A stretch of 64,000 nt of DNA from Callorhinchus milii. Lineage: Eukaryota. Below, piece after piece: positions 51,273-62,970 of this stretch (positions are counted from its first letter, which is position 1; every line of letters begins with the position of its first letter). Location of the stretch: assembly GCF_018977255.1 (NCBI RefSeq), contig NW_024704743.1, positions 38,876,001-38,940,000 of the forward strand, in the 5' to 3' direction. The notes under the pieces are model-generated. The model saw only the letters and a program-made list of their open reading frames with translations. It was not told where the DNA came from and made no database searches. Made by a program: the position numbers and the translations under genes.

Positions 51273-51634
51273 CTGCAACAAAAGTCAAAAATCAAGAGGT
51301 GTTTCAAAAACAACATTGGCAGTTATTCTGCTCTGTGTTCTGCATGCAGCTCACAAAAATTGATTTCCTTTCATTCAATAAATTTTGCAAATTTGGAGGC
51401 TTCGGATATACCCTAATATAATTTTAGAGTCCAAATAATATGACATTCCAGGCACAAAATAAAATACTTTAAAGTTGCATTAAAGACTAGAAAGTGTCAC
51501 ATTTCAATATATGTCAATTTGCATTTTTTTTCTTTATAAATGAAGAATATTGCTAGGGTCCAATTCAACAAAGAAAAGCCTTATTTTCTTGCACTAGTAC
51601 AGTATAGCACTCTGCAGTGCACAACCAGGTCATA

Positions 51635-54303
51635 TGGAGTCCTGTAGCTCATGGTTAGAGCACTTGTCACACAAACGAGAGGACCTGGGTTCGATTCCCG
51701 GTAGGCCAAAACGTGGGGCAAGTTTCCTGACTCCACACACCTCTGTTTACTGAGCAGTAAGTAGGAACCCGGTTGTTAGTCGATTGGCGGATTGCTTTTT
51801 CAGGGGTAAAAATTCCTTCAACATAAATAAAAATAATTTGGTCACTCAATCCACAACTGTTTGTGGGATACTGCTGTGCGCAATTGGCTGCTGGGTTTCG
51901 GCCCCAAAATATACAGTCAATTCACTTTACAGTAGGGCAAAGCGATCATAATATGATGGAATTTAGTGTTAAGTTAGAGAGGGAAGTAGTGAAGTCTGAA
52001 GCAAAAGTCTTCAATTTAAATCGAGCCAACTTTGCTGGTATGAGAGAGGATTTAGCTAGAATAAACTGGGAGACTAAACTTAAAGATTTGACGGTAGACC
52101 AGCAATGGCAGACATTCAAGGAGATAGTGCAAAATTCCCAACGAGCACATATTCCTTTGAGGAATAAGAATGCCATGGGAAAGGTGGTGCAGCCATGGCT
52201 AACTAGAGCAGTTAGGGAAAGTATCAAATCAAAAGAAAAAGCCTATAAAACAGCGAAGATGAGTAGTAAACCCGAGGATTGGGAGAACTTTAGGGAACAA
52301 CAGAGGAGGACCAAAAAATTGATCAAGAGGGAGAAAATAGATTACGAGGGCAAACTAGCAAAGAACATAAAAACAGACTCCAAGAGTTTTTACAAATATA
52401 TAAAGAGGAAAAGGCTAGCGAGGGTGAATGTGGGTCCATTACAGGCAGAGACCGGAGGAATTATAATAGGGGACAAAGACATGGCAGAGTCATTAAACAA
52501 GTATTTTTCTACAGTCTTCACCGTAGAAGACACTGGAAACATACCAAAAATAGAGGACCAAGAAGACAATGTTAGCGAGCAACTTAGGGAGATTAACATT
52601 AGTAAAGAGATGGTTCTAGGTAAATTGTCGGGTCTTAAAACCGATAAATCCCCTGGACCGGATGGCCTGCATCCGAGAGTTTTAAAGGAGGTGGCTACTG
52701 AGATAGTGGATGGCATGTCTATAATCTTCCAAAAGTCTGTGGATACTGGAAAAGTTCCCATTGATTGGAAGATTGCAAACGTAACTCCACTATTTAAGAA
52801 GGGTGGGAGAGAAAATAGGGAAAACTATAGACCAGTTAGTTTGACGTCAGTTGTAGGGAAAATTCTTGAGTCCTTAATAAAAGACGTAGTTATGGGATAC
52901 CTGGAAGACCATCAAAAGATTAGGCAGAGTCAACATGGCTTTACAAAAGGGAAGTCATGCTTGACTAACCTTTTAGAATTTTTTGAGGATGTATCCAGCA
53001 GGTTGGATAAGGGGGAACCAGTAGATGTGGTATATTTGGATTTTAGGAAGGCATTTGACAAGGTGCCACACAAAAGGCTGTTACTCAAGATCAAGGCCCA
53101 CGGGATTAATGGGAAAATATTAACATGGATAGAAGAGTGGCTATCGGGTAGAAAGCAGAGAGTAGTGATAAACGGATCATTCTCGAATTGGCAGGATGTA
53201 ACTAGTGGAGTGCCACAAGGATCAGTGCTTGGGCCTCAGCTATTTACCATTTACATCAATGATCTGGACGAGGACATTGAATGTAATGTGTCTAAATTCG
53301 CGGATGATACTAAACTAGGTAGCAGAGTGAGCTCTCAGGATGATGCAAAAAGATTGCAACAAGATATAGATAGGCTCGGGGAGTGGGCAAGTAGGTGGCA
53401 GATGGAATTCAATGTTAGCAAGTGTGAAATTATTCACCTTGGTAGCAAGAATAAAAGAACAGATTATTTTCTGGAAGGGGAGAAGTTAGATAGTGTTAGT
53501 ATTCAAAGGGATTTGGGTGTCCTTGTACACCAGTCCCAAAAAGTTAGTTTGCAGGTGCAGCAAGCAACTAAGAAGGCGAACGGCATGTTAGCGTTCATTT
53601 CGAAAGGTTTAGAATATAAGAGTAGGGAAGTCTTGCTGCAACTGTATAGGGCTTTGGTGAGACCGCACCAAGAGTATTGTGTGCAGTTTTGGTCTCCTTA
53701 TTTAAAAAAGGACATACTTGCCCTAGAGGGGGTGCAGCGTAGATTCACTCGGTTAGTTCCTGGGATGAGGGGACTGACCTATGAGGATAGGCTGAATAAA
53801 CTAGGGCTGTATTCTCTAGAGTACAGAAGAATTAGGGGAGATCTTATTGAAACTTATAAGATTCTTAAAGGGCTGGATAAAGTAGACACTGAGGGTCTGT
53901 TTCCCCTGGTAGGAGAATCTATAACCAGGGGTCACAGTCTTAAAATTAAGGGTCAGCCTCTTAGAACAGAGTTGAGGAAACATTTCTTCACTCAGAGGGT
54001 AGTGAATTTATGGAATTCACTACCCCAGAAGGCTGTAGATGCTCAGTCCTTGAACATCTTCAAGGCTGAGACTGATAGATTTTTAAAAAATAGAGGGATT
54101 AGGGGATATGGGGATAGGACAGGTAATTAGAGTTGGGTCTGAAGATCAGCCATGATCTTATTGAATCGCGGAGCAGGCACAAAGGGCCGAATGGCCTACT
54201 CCCGCTCCTAATTCTTATGTTCTTATACTCTGTGAAATGCTTTGAGACGTCACAAAGACATGATAAGGCGCTCTATCAAATTTAAGGATTATTATTATTA
54301 TTA
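51635..54303 (+). mobile_element. tRNA/Deu SINE (long form) split by the CR1 insertion: 51635-51934 and about 54226-54303
   Basis: The head GGAGTCCTGTAGCTC...TTCACTTTACAGTA continues after the CR1 as TACTCTGTGAA...GGATTATTATT, co-linear with intact copies. Confidence 0.93.
51935..54226 (+). mobile_element. Young 5'-truncated CR1 LINE with uninterrupted ORF2 (reverse transcriptase) segment, nested in a SINE within a RETREG1 intron
   Basis: Open frame to 54130 with NYRPVSLTS, QHGF, YLDFRKAFDKVPH, GVPQGSVLGP and FADDTK motifs. 3' hairpin GGCCGAATGGCC and (TTCTTATG)n tail. Confidence 0.97.
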
Positions 54304-54456
54304 TCTCTCCTCACTTTCCTCTAACCATTCCAAGCAGCAACTTGCACAGATTAGGACAATGAATGGCCTACAACAGCACTGAATTGAAACCTTGACTTGA
54401 TCAAGAGCCTGGGTTAGGAAGAGGACTAGAAGAAAAACTCTCTCAGTGCAGTTGTA

Positions 54457-55176
54457 CAGTAAAACTCACATAACTCATAACAGTCGGGTCCATGACATTT
54501 CAATCTGAGTTGCAGGCAAACTGTATAAATTGTTTAAAATCCGATTTATTCAATAGTCTACACTCTGCATGTGTAATGCAGTTGGTAAGTGTGCATGCAG
54601 TAGTTTGTCACTGCAGCTGGTAGGTGTGTATGCGGTGACGGATCAAGACTACATTTCTCGTGATTCGACGCATCTTGACCGTTGCTGCATGTGCATCTAC
54701 CAGCAAGTGTTGAAATTGTATTGAATCATGGGAGTGCAAAGAAATCTAAGTAGTTTTGATAGGAAACTGAATGGGACTCGGCGGAATGTACGATTTATAC
54801 GAATATACCATTTATAAAGATAAAGGCCATCAATATAAAATAGTCACAAATAGATCAAATAGGGAAGTTAGAAGAAATTTCTTCACAGAGAGTAGTGGGA
54901 ATGTGGAACATGCTAACGCAAGGAGTTGTTGAGGCAAATAGCATAGATGTATTTAAGGGAAAATTAGACAGGTACATGAGGGAGAAGGGAATATAAGTTT
55001 GAAAGGCGCTATACAAATGTAATCTTGTTGTTGTTGTTATGCTTGAAGGCTTAGTTGAGGAAGGGCAGGAGGAGGCTCATGTGGAGAATAAACACTGCCA
55101 TAGACCAGTTGGGCCGAATGGCCTGTTTCTGGACTGTATATTCTAATGTATTCTAAGACTTATGCGAGTTTTACTG
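54457..55176. mobile_element. Tc1/mariner (Tigger/pogo-like) MITE carrying a nested CR1 3' fragment (about 54810-55156)
   Basis: TIRs CAGTAAAACTCACATAACTC / CAGTAAAACTCGCATAAGTC, with TA on the left flank and CA on the right. Confidence 0.78.
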
Positions 55177-56206
55177 CACTATAAGTCTATACTGTGGGCA
55201 TGGCAGAAACCAGACTGGAGAGGCTCAAGTAAGGAGTGATAGGAGAGGTGTGAGCGAAGTTGATTGGTAACAAGCTTTGCAGAACTTTGGCAAGGAAAGG
55301 CAGGTTAGAAATGGACTGGTAGTTTATCAGGTCAGAGGGATAAAGTTTTTTTTGAGGAGGGGAATGATGACAGCATAGGTTGATATTCTAGTAAAGCACT
55401 AAATTGTCAGAGGTGCTGTACATTGAATGAGATGATAAACGGAAGTCCTGTCTTCCTGTTTATGTGGACGTTAACTATTCCATAATGGTATTCAAAAACT
55501 GAGGGAGTTTCTCTTAAGTATCCTGGCCAAATCCTCTGGATGAATTGGTCGTTCATTTCATGTTTTTTTCTGCTGTGTACAATTCGATTGTGGCATTTGT
55601 CTCCAAATACTTGACAGCAATTCCCTCTGAAATGCTTTGAGACCTTCCAACACTAAGTAAGTGCAATAATGCAAGGATAATATTGATTATACAAGGGCTT
55701 CTCAGGTAAATGGCAGTATAAAATGATGCCTCAGGACGTAAAATCTGTTTCCTCTAAGAAACACAATGCATGTCACGTAGATTAGCAAAAACTCGTCTCT
55801 GAGTTGATCTCTGGATGGAGTTTTCTTGAGTCGGCCTGATGTATCCGAATTTACCTGGAGGAAATGTGTTTTAAGTTTAAAGAAACTATTGCTGCTGTAT
55901 TCCCAATGAGCGCTTTTTCAATCCTCTATAATAATAACCCTTGCAATTGATATAGCACATTATCATGTCTTTGAAACGTCTCAAAGCGCTTTTACAGAAT
56001 ATACTGTGAAGTGAACTGACTGTATATTTTGTGGGCAAAATGCAGCAGCTAATTGCGCACAGCAGTGTCCCGATATAAATAAATATCACAAACTGCTTAA
56101 TTGTGCTCCATAACAGTAACCTCCTGTCAATGCCGAGATTATTTCATTTTATAATGGATTAGCAAGTGTTCTTAATGTGAAACTTGAACTCAAGAGTTGT
56201 TCTTAC

Positions 56207-56344
56207 TTGACCTTCTTTTCTGAATACGAAGGACACAATCTTTCAAGCCAAAATCTAGCCTTTGTAGAAGTGGTTCAATCCTGCTGTACACTCTGTGTCC
56301 CAGGTCATATGAAGTTACCAAAGGCCACAGTAGGGCACACAATA
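56207..56344 (-). CDS. RETREG1: RETREG1 exon (about exon 6)
   Basis: Acceptor CTTTCACAG, donor A|GTAAGA, 138 nt. Encodes LLCALLWPLVTSYDLGHRVYSRIEPLLQRLDFGLKDCVLRIQKRRS. Confidence 0.94.
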
Positions 56345-57163
56345 CTGTGAAAGCAATCAAAAAATTAAAATCCTATTTGACTAAACAAGCTTAAACTTTA
56401 AAACATGTTCATTAATCAGGCACTGTTCACATCCAGCAAAACTTATATTATTTCAACACAAAATTTCTCAATTTGGGCACAAATATCTGTTTGTACCACA
56501 TTACCAACTTTTTTTTTGATAAGTAAAATAGGTCCCTTAGTCGATCTCTCTTTAAAATCAAACTACGATGTCTATTCTTATCTTACAAAGAAGCAATTTC
56601 GAAATATAAATCTGCACTGCAGAAGAAGACCGTTCGGCCAGTCAAGACTAAACCGGCTCTCAGAGCAGGGAGGTCACTTCAGTTCCAATGCCCCACCTTA
56701 TACCCATACTTCTTCAAGCCCCTCTCTTTCATATGCCTGTCTACTTCTTTCTTGAAAGCTACAAGGGACCTTGCTTTCACCACCCCACTCTGCAAGGTGT
56801 TCCCAACCACACTGGGTGAAAAAAATATTGTCATCATCTCCTGCCTCTCGGGGCCATTACTGACTCCGCTATTATGCAATAAATTCTCCCTATTTACCCT
56901 AACAGAAACCCTCATATTTTTGTTCACTTCCATTGAGACCCCACAACCTTCTCTGCTCCATTGAAAACAGACCCAGCTTCTCCAATCTCACCTCATAACT
57001 GTAGCCCTTCATCCCCAGAATTTTCTCATAAATTCCTCTGCACCCCTTCAACTCCTTATCTTTCTTCAAGTGATAAGTTTTAAAAAGCCATAGAGTACAC
57101 TATATAAACAGGTAGACTGCGGAATCTAAAGTACTGCACTTAAACTAAAGTTGAGGTACTTAC

Positions 57164-57248
57164 ATAAGCAGTACGACACTACAGCTCCAGGAATGTAGCG
57201 CCCAACAACGGCACAAAATGTACAGAGACTACAAACAAGGAGACAAAA
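57164..57248 (-). CDS. RETREG1: RETREG1 exon (about exon 5), reticulon-homology transmembrane hairpin
   Basis: Acceptor TTTCCTCCTCTCCAG, donor T|GTAAGT, 85 nt, phase 0-1. Encodes [28 protein letters not shown]. Confidence 0.94.
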
Positions 57249-58250
57249 CTGGAGAGGAGGAAAAAAAAGTCACATTTCTATATAGCGTTCCAGCTGCAAG
57301 TATGTGCAATCAATAAGTAATGATTAAACATTATCTGTTCCAGTATTTATCCATTACCTGGAGTCTGTATCTGAGACAAATTGAGAAAATAGGGTTCATT
57401 ATCAGCTTAGTTTTCATATGGGGCCACCAGACAAAACAATCTTCAAATTTAGCAGCTATTTGACAATTATATGTTGAAATTCCAAGTGGTTGCAAGAATG
57501 TGCGTCTTTGCAATTGCAGGCACATCAGCACACATAATTTATAGAGATGGCCTCAAGTACTGTTTGTGCTAAGAATAATCAGCTGAGAGTAAAAACTGCA
57601 TTGTGCACACCTTGCTAAAAATAATTAGTACACTGGATGCAAAATTTAAATATGGTTAATTTTCAAGATGGCAAGTACGCAAAAATAAATCAAATCAAAG
57701 AAAAAAAATTGCTTTTTTGAAACTTTCCCATTTGCAGTTCTGAATGCTAGGTGACTGCCCTACTGTTCTACTCACACATCAAATCAAGAAAAAAAATCTC
57801 ATTCCAATGCCTTTTAACCAACGTATGTAAAATAGTTCACCAAGTAACATTTGTACGTAACACACCAATGTATTACTGTGGGAGCACTGCATTGCTGGAA
57901 GGTGTCATCGTTCGGATGAGATCCCGTGGCAGGAGAAAGTACACATTATAAGTCAAAAGATGTGACAAAAAGACCCCCAGTAGACAGAAGGGATTTCAGT
58001 AGGAGTGACAGGTAGTGGAAACATGCCCAGAGAGTCGTGATATAGCGGGGGAACGTATAAATATGGAGATCAGGGAAGCATTTAGCAAAAGCAATATGGT
58101 TATAATGAAAGATTTTAATTTTCAGACTGGGAAGCAGAATAGGTTAAGTAGTAAAGGCAATGAATTTCTAGAAGGTATTTGGGACATTTTTCTAGAATAG
58201 TATGTTTTAGATCTGACAAGGAAACATGCCATAGGAGATTTAGTGATAAA

Positions 58251-58985
58251 CTGGGCCAATGGAAAAGTGAGGTCACAATTTGTGTGTGTGTGTCTCTCTC
58301 TTTCGGTGATTGTGTGTATCTTTGAGTGAATGTCTTTCTGTGTGTGTCTGTGAGTGCATGTCTCTCTGTGAGTGTATGTCTCTCTGTGAGTGTGCCTGTC
58401 TCTTTCTGTGAGTGTGTGTGTCTCTGTGAGTGTGTGTGTCTCTGTGAGTGTGTGTGTCTCTGTGTCTATGAGTGTGGGTGTGTATCTCTGTCTGTGAGTG
58501 TGTGTGCCTGTGTCTGTGAGTGTGTACGTCTCTATGTCTGTGAATGTGTGCGTCTCTGTGTCTATGAGTGTGGGTGTGTCTCTCTGTCTGTGCGTGCGTG
58601 CGTCTCTGTGAGTGTGCGAGTCTGTGTCTGTGTGCGATGGTGGCCTTGAGAGGCAGGAAGTGGTGACAGGCAGGACACTGGCGAGCAATGTTGGTTGTTT
58701 GGTGGATCTCCAGGCCTTTAAACGTAGTGCCGGGTGGAAACTGACCATTCCGCTCTTACCAACCCGTCCGAGTTTTTATTAAAGAAAGCATTAATCATTT
58801 TTTATGCAACAATCTAATATGCGTTATTTCTTGTTTCATTTTTATCAATAAAGTAAAAATGTAGGCTGGCCGTAAAATGTACCTTTGAACTGCACCAACC
58901 AAACACCCGCAATTTCCTGTATAATTTGGCAAATCCACCCCCCTCAATGTTTGGCAAATATTTCTGCAATTTCCTATTGGCCCTG
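58251..58985. mobile_element. Non-autonomous hAT-type element with an internal (GT/CT) minisatellite, inserted in an old CR1 fragment (about 58000-59290)
   Basis: Imperfect TIRs CTGGGCCAATGGAAAAGTG / CAGGGCCAATAGGAAATTG and 8-bp TSD GTGATAAA/GTGATAAG. The CR1 peptide AIGDLVI|SHKPGLVNNL...SDRNMIEF rejoins across the element. Confidence 0.82.
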
Positions 58986-59478
58986 GTGATAAGTCATAAA
59001 CCAGGATTAGTTAACAATCTGATGGTAAGGGAATAGTGACCGTAATATGATTGAATTTGATATTAGGCTTGAGAGGGAGAAGGGAGTCACAAACCAGGGT
59101 TTCAAATTTAAGTAAGACAAACTTCAAAGAGATGAGAGAAAATTGAGCACAGTAAATTGGCCTAAACTGCTTTAATGGAATTATTCACAGAAGAAACTGG
59201 TATGATGGAAAACATACTGCTAAAAAGCAAAAGCTTCACTTGTGTAGAAAAGCAACAATGGTCAACAAGAGAATATAACCAAAGTATGCAGATAACACTA
59301 TGTTAGGAGGCATAGTACATTATGTAGATGGGAGCAGGTAGTTAATTTCTTTATCACACATTTTATTTCTGTGCTTAGTCCCATCTTAAGTACCCCTGAA
59401 TCAGCATTCTATATTTCTCTCATTTTGTATTTTGGAAAATCCATAAGTTGTTAGTTTCAGCAAAGTGAATGCTCTCAC

Positions 59479-59605
59479 CTTCCCAGGGTTTTGCTTCTTG
59501 AAGTGAAACATTTCTTCAAAGAATGCAGTACAACTCATCCATGATTCTGTCATGTATTGGTTGAGCCTTGGCATTCCCTCTGGTTTATCATCAGTCACTT
59601 TCCAG
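59479..59605 (-). CDS. RETREG1: RETREG1 (FAM134B, ER-phagy receptor) internal exon, equivalent to about exon 4
   Basis: Acceptor AATTCCAG, donor AAG|GTGAGA, 127 nt, phase 2-0. Encodes WKVTDDKPEGMPRLNQYMTESWMSCTAFFEEMFHFKKQNPGK. Confidence 0.93.
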
Positions 59606-61844
59606 CTGGAATTTAAGAGAAACAGAATGTGATTTTATAGATTGACAATAATGTACATTCTGTGTACATAATCTACAGTCTGTAGAACCAATTCAGGTAA
59701 TATACTTGATGCAAGATGTTCTTCGGAACATTGGCATTTCATTACACAATACAGCAACAAATCTAAAGGATTAATCACTATCACACATCATTTTTCAACA
59801 ATAGTTTAAGTCCTGTACTGCTGTACAAAGACGATTTAGGAGAAGGATTACAATCAGAAGATAAATATATCTTTTCACACAGCAGGTCACTCTCTCAAAA
59901 CAATACACTTGCTCTTTAACATCTCAATATGCTTTTTTTAATTTAAGGTCTAAGCTGACATCCTTCCAATGTAGTGCTGGGGTTCATTATATTGTTTGAG
60001 GTGTTGTCCTTCAATGAAATGTTAAATAAAATCTTGTTTGCCTGTTCAGGTGGACATCAAAGAATGAATTAGAATATTCAAAATAAGAAAGGAGCTTCTC
60101 AGAGTACCCTTGCCAACAATCCTCAGTTCACCTCTTGGCTATTTATGTGACATTGCTTACCCAGTCACTACACTTAATAGTAAGAACTGTGTCCTTTGAG
60201 ATGTTTTGATGTGATGAGTTGTATCAAATGCAAGGGATGTGTGTGGATTACAAGATACTTTTCATAAAGTTATTAGTCAAAATTAGACAAATGCAAGGGC
60301 AGACAAGAGCAATGTCAAGTGGAATGAGCTATGAGCAATGATTAAATAAAGTGGGGATCTTCAGTCTTGAAAGGAGACATTTCAGTGGGGGACTTGTACA
60401 GTATATACATTTGGAAACGTAAACACAGAACAGCACTTTCAGATGCACTATGACAGCGTAACAAAAGGACGTGGATTTGGATCTGTAAGGTGCAATTTCA
60501 GGAACATTGCTGCTGGCTTTGTGCTTGCTGTTTGACTGCCATTATTTGGCAAATGGAGATCACAAAATATTTCTAACGGCAATTTGTGCATGTGCAATCA
60601 TCTTGACTTCATCATGATATTAAAGTGATGATGACCAGTTTCTGGTACCACTCATTCCAATTCACTGAGATTTTACCACAAAATCAGATCTATATGCAGA
60701 GGCCGTAGGAGAGTTCGGGTTTGGAAAACTTGCGCATTTTACAAATTACTTCCTGAGGTAGGCTCGCCTGTATAGAAATTAGCTTTGCTTGACTGCTGTT
60801 AGGCATGTACTGGAGAGAGTCTTCCTGCGAAATGGAAAATCCACATGAGGATACATTATCACAGGATCCATGACCCTCGTGATATAGATGACCTCTTACA
60901 GAGGATTAACACCTCATGTTTGGCATACAAGCAAGACGTCGTGTGACCGTAAAACGCAACCACCAAAGCTTTCACCATGTATTCACACCACGCTTTTCAC
61001 ACTATTCGCATATACACTTAATTCAGCCTGAATCAAAAACGATTCAACCATTTTTATTACATTATGTTACATTGGTTCTTGCACGTTTTGTGGATTCCTG
61101 AGGCTGATAATTCACAGCCACAAAAATAAACATTTTACAAACATACTTAATAAAAAAATACTTGTGTTGTTTCAGCAAATTTAGCGGAGAAGTGGATAGA
61201 CATTTGCCAAAAATCAATCAATCGAGGGTTATGATTCTTTTTGTAAAATTACCCCTCACGCCCCCTCACTTAATATTGCCTTTACTCTGGATTGGCGAGA
61301 TGGACCACATGTGTCTTTTCTGGTCCAGCACATTCCTTTGTCCTTGTGTAACCCTGTTCCTGTGCTGCTCACCGTGATTAACTTGAGCAGCTGATGGTTC
61401 ATTAAAAGGATAATATGTCAGTTTACATTTCTTCACCAATGTGTACAATACTTTGTTCACTTCTAAATGCAATGGTTAGAATCTCATTTAGTAGTGCTTT
61501 AAGTCATGTGTTGAAACACTAACAAACACACGGCAAACTGAAATGGAACCAGTTACTTTATTTTGCTGGATTAATCCCAATGCTTGTAAATGTATAAAGT
61601 CTGGCTCTTAACACTGGTTCAATATGCCTCTAAGCTGCTTTACAATGATCAGCACAATACAGCAGTTCAACCAATCACCTATTTGCTGTCAAAATAACCA
61701 ACTTTAGTGCTTGAGCTTCTGTACGAGAGTCAAAACTAAATGCAGAATAACGTACTCCTGAGGAGGATAAAAAGTGTTGAAACCTGAGAAATATTGTGGA
61801 AAGAGCAGGAAAGGCTTAAAATATCAGCAATGAACGAATCTTCA

Positions 61845-62970
61845 ACAACAACAACAACAACAAGATTCAATTTATAAAGCGCCTTTCACGTCAGGAGGAC
61901 GTCCCAAGGCGCTGCACAGCGCTGTCATGACCCGAGCAGGAGGGAAATGGTCAGGGTGAGGGGAGGGAAGGGAGGGAGCGAGGAGGGGGGAAATGGTCAG
62001 GGTGAGGGGAGGGAAGGGAGGGAGCGAGGAGAGGGGAAATGGTCAGGGTGAGGGGAGGGAGGGAGCGAGGAGGGGGAAGAGAGTCGAGAGGGGAGCTGAA
62101 GGCACGGTCAAAGAGAAAGGTTTTGAGACCGGCCTTGAAGGAGGAAAGGGAGGAAGCGGCGAAGGCACTGGGGGATGGAGTTCCAGAGCCTGGGGGCTGA
62201 GAGGCTGAAGGCCCGGCCACCGATGGTAGGGCGGTTGGGGCGGGGGACGTGGAGCAGACCGGAGCCGGAGGAACGGAGGGTACGGGCAGGTAGGTAGGGG
62301 GATAGTAGGTTGGAGAGGTAGGAGGGAGCAAGGCCGTGAATGGCCTTGTAGGTGAGGGTGAGGATCTTGAAATCGATCCTCTGGGGGATGGGGAGCCAGT
62401 GGAGGCGAGCGAGGGTGGGAGTGATGTGGTCCCGAAGCCTGGTGCGGGACAGTACACGAGCTGCAGAGTTCTGAATGACCTGCAGCTTGTGGAGGGAGGT
62501 GGCGGGAAGGCCGGCGAGGAGAGAGTTCCCATAGTCCAGCCTTGAGGTGACAAAGGCGTGGACCAGAGTTTCAGCAGCGTGAGGGGTGAGGTAGTGCCGT
62601 AGTCTGGCGATGTTCCGAAGGTGATGGAAGGCGGTGCCAGTTGTGGTGCGGATGTGAGGGAGAAAGGACAGCTCAGGGTCGAACAAAACGCCGAGGTTCC
62701 TGACTGGCTTTGAGAGGTGGAGAGTGCAGCCTTGGATGCTGAAGCTGTCAGCGCCTGAGGTGCGGAGGCGCTGACGTGAGCCAATCAGGAGGGCCTCGGT
62801 TTTTCGCACGTTGAGCTGAAGAAAGTTGTCTCTCGTCCAGGACTCGATGTCGGACAGGCAGGCTGTCAGGACATCGGTGGTCGTGGAGTTGAGAGTAGAG
62901 GAGGAAAGGTAGAGTTGGGTATCATCCGCATACATGTGGAAGTTAACTCCATGTCTGCGGACATGGACTC
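61845..62970 (-). mobile_element. 5'-truncated L2-clade LINE (relatively young)
   Basis: ORF with MYADDTQLY, NVRKTE, VRNLGV, RLDYGNSLL, LHWLP and GGRAFS..APRLWN motifs, frameshifted near the end. (TTG)n tail. A roughly 40-bp minisatellite x3 lies in the 3' UTR (61940-62085). Confidence 0.95.

Noticed and set aside
51863..54130. 755-aa ORF as a host gene or an autonomous element
   Set aside because: It is a SINE-derived N-terminus fused to a 5'-truncated CR1 ORF2 lacking ORF1 and most of the endonuclease.
60740..60810. Possible alternative first exon of a short RETREG1 isoform (ATG CCT AAC...GAA|GTAATT), or the missing small upstream exon near 60660-60690
   Set aside because: The first candidate has a phase-0 donor while the next exon needs phase 2; the second has an in-frame stop and no donor.
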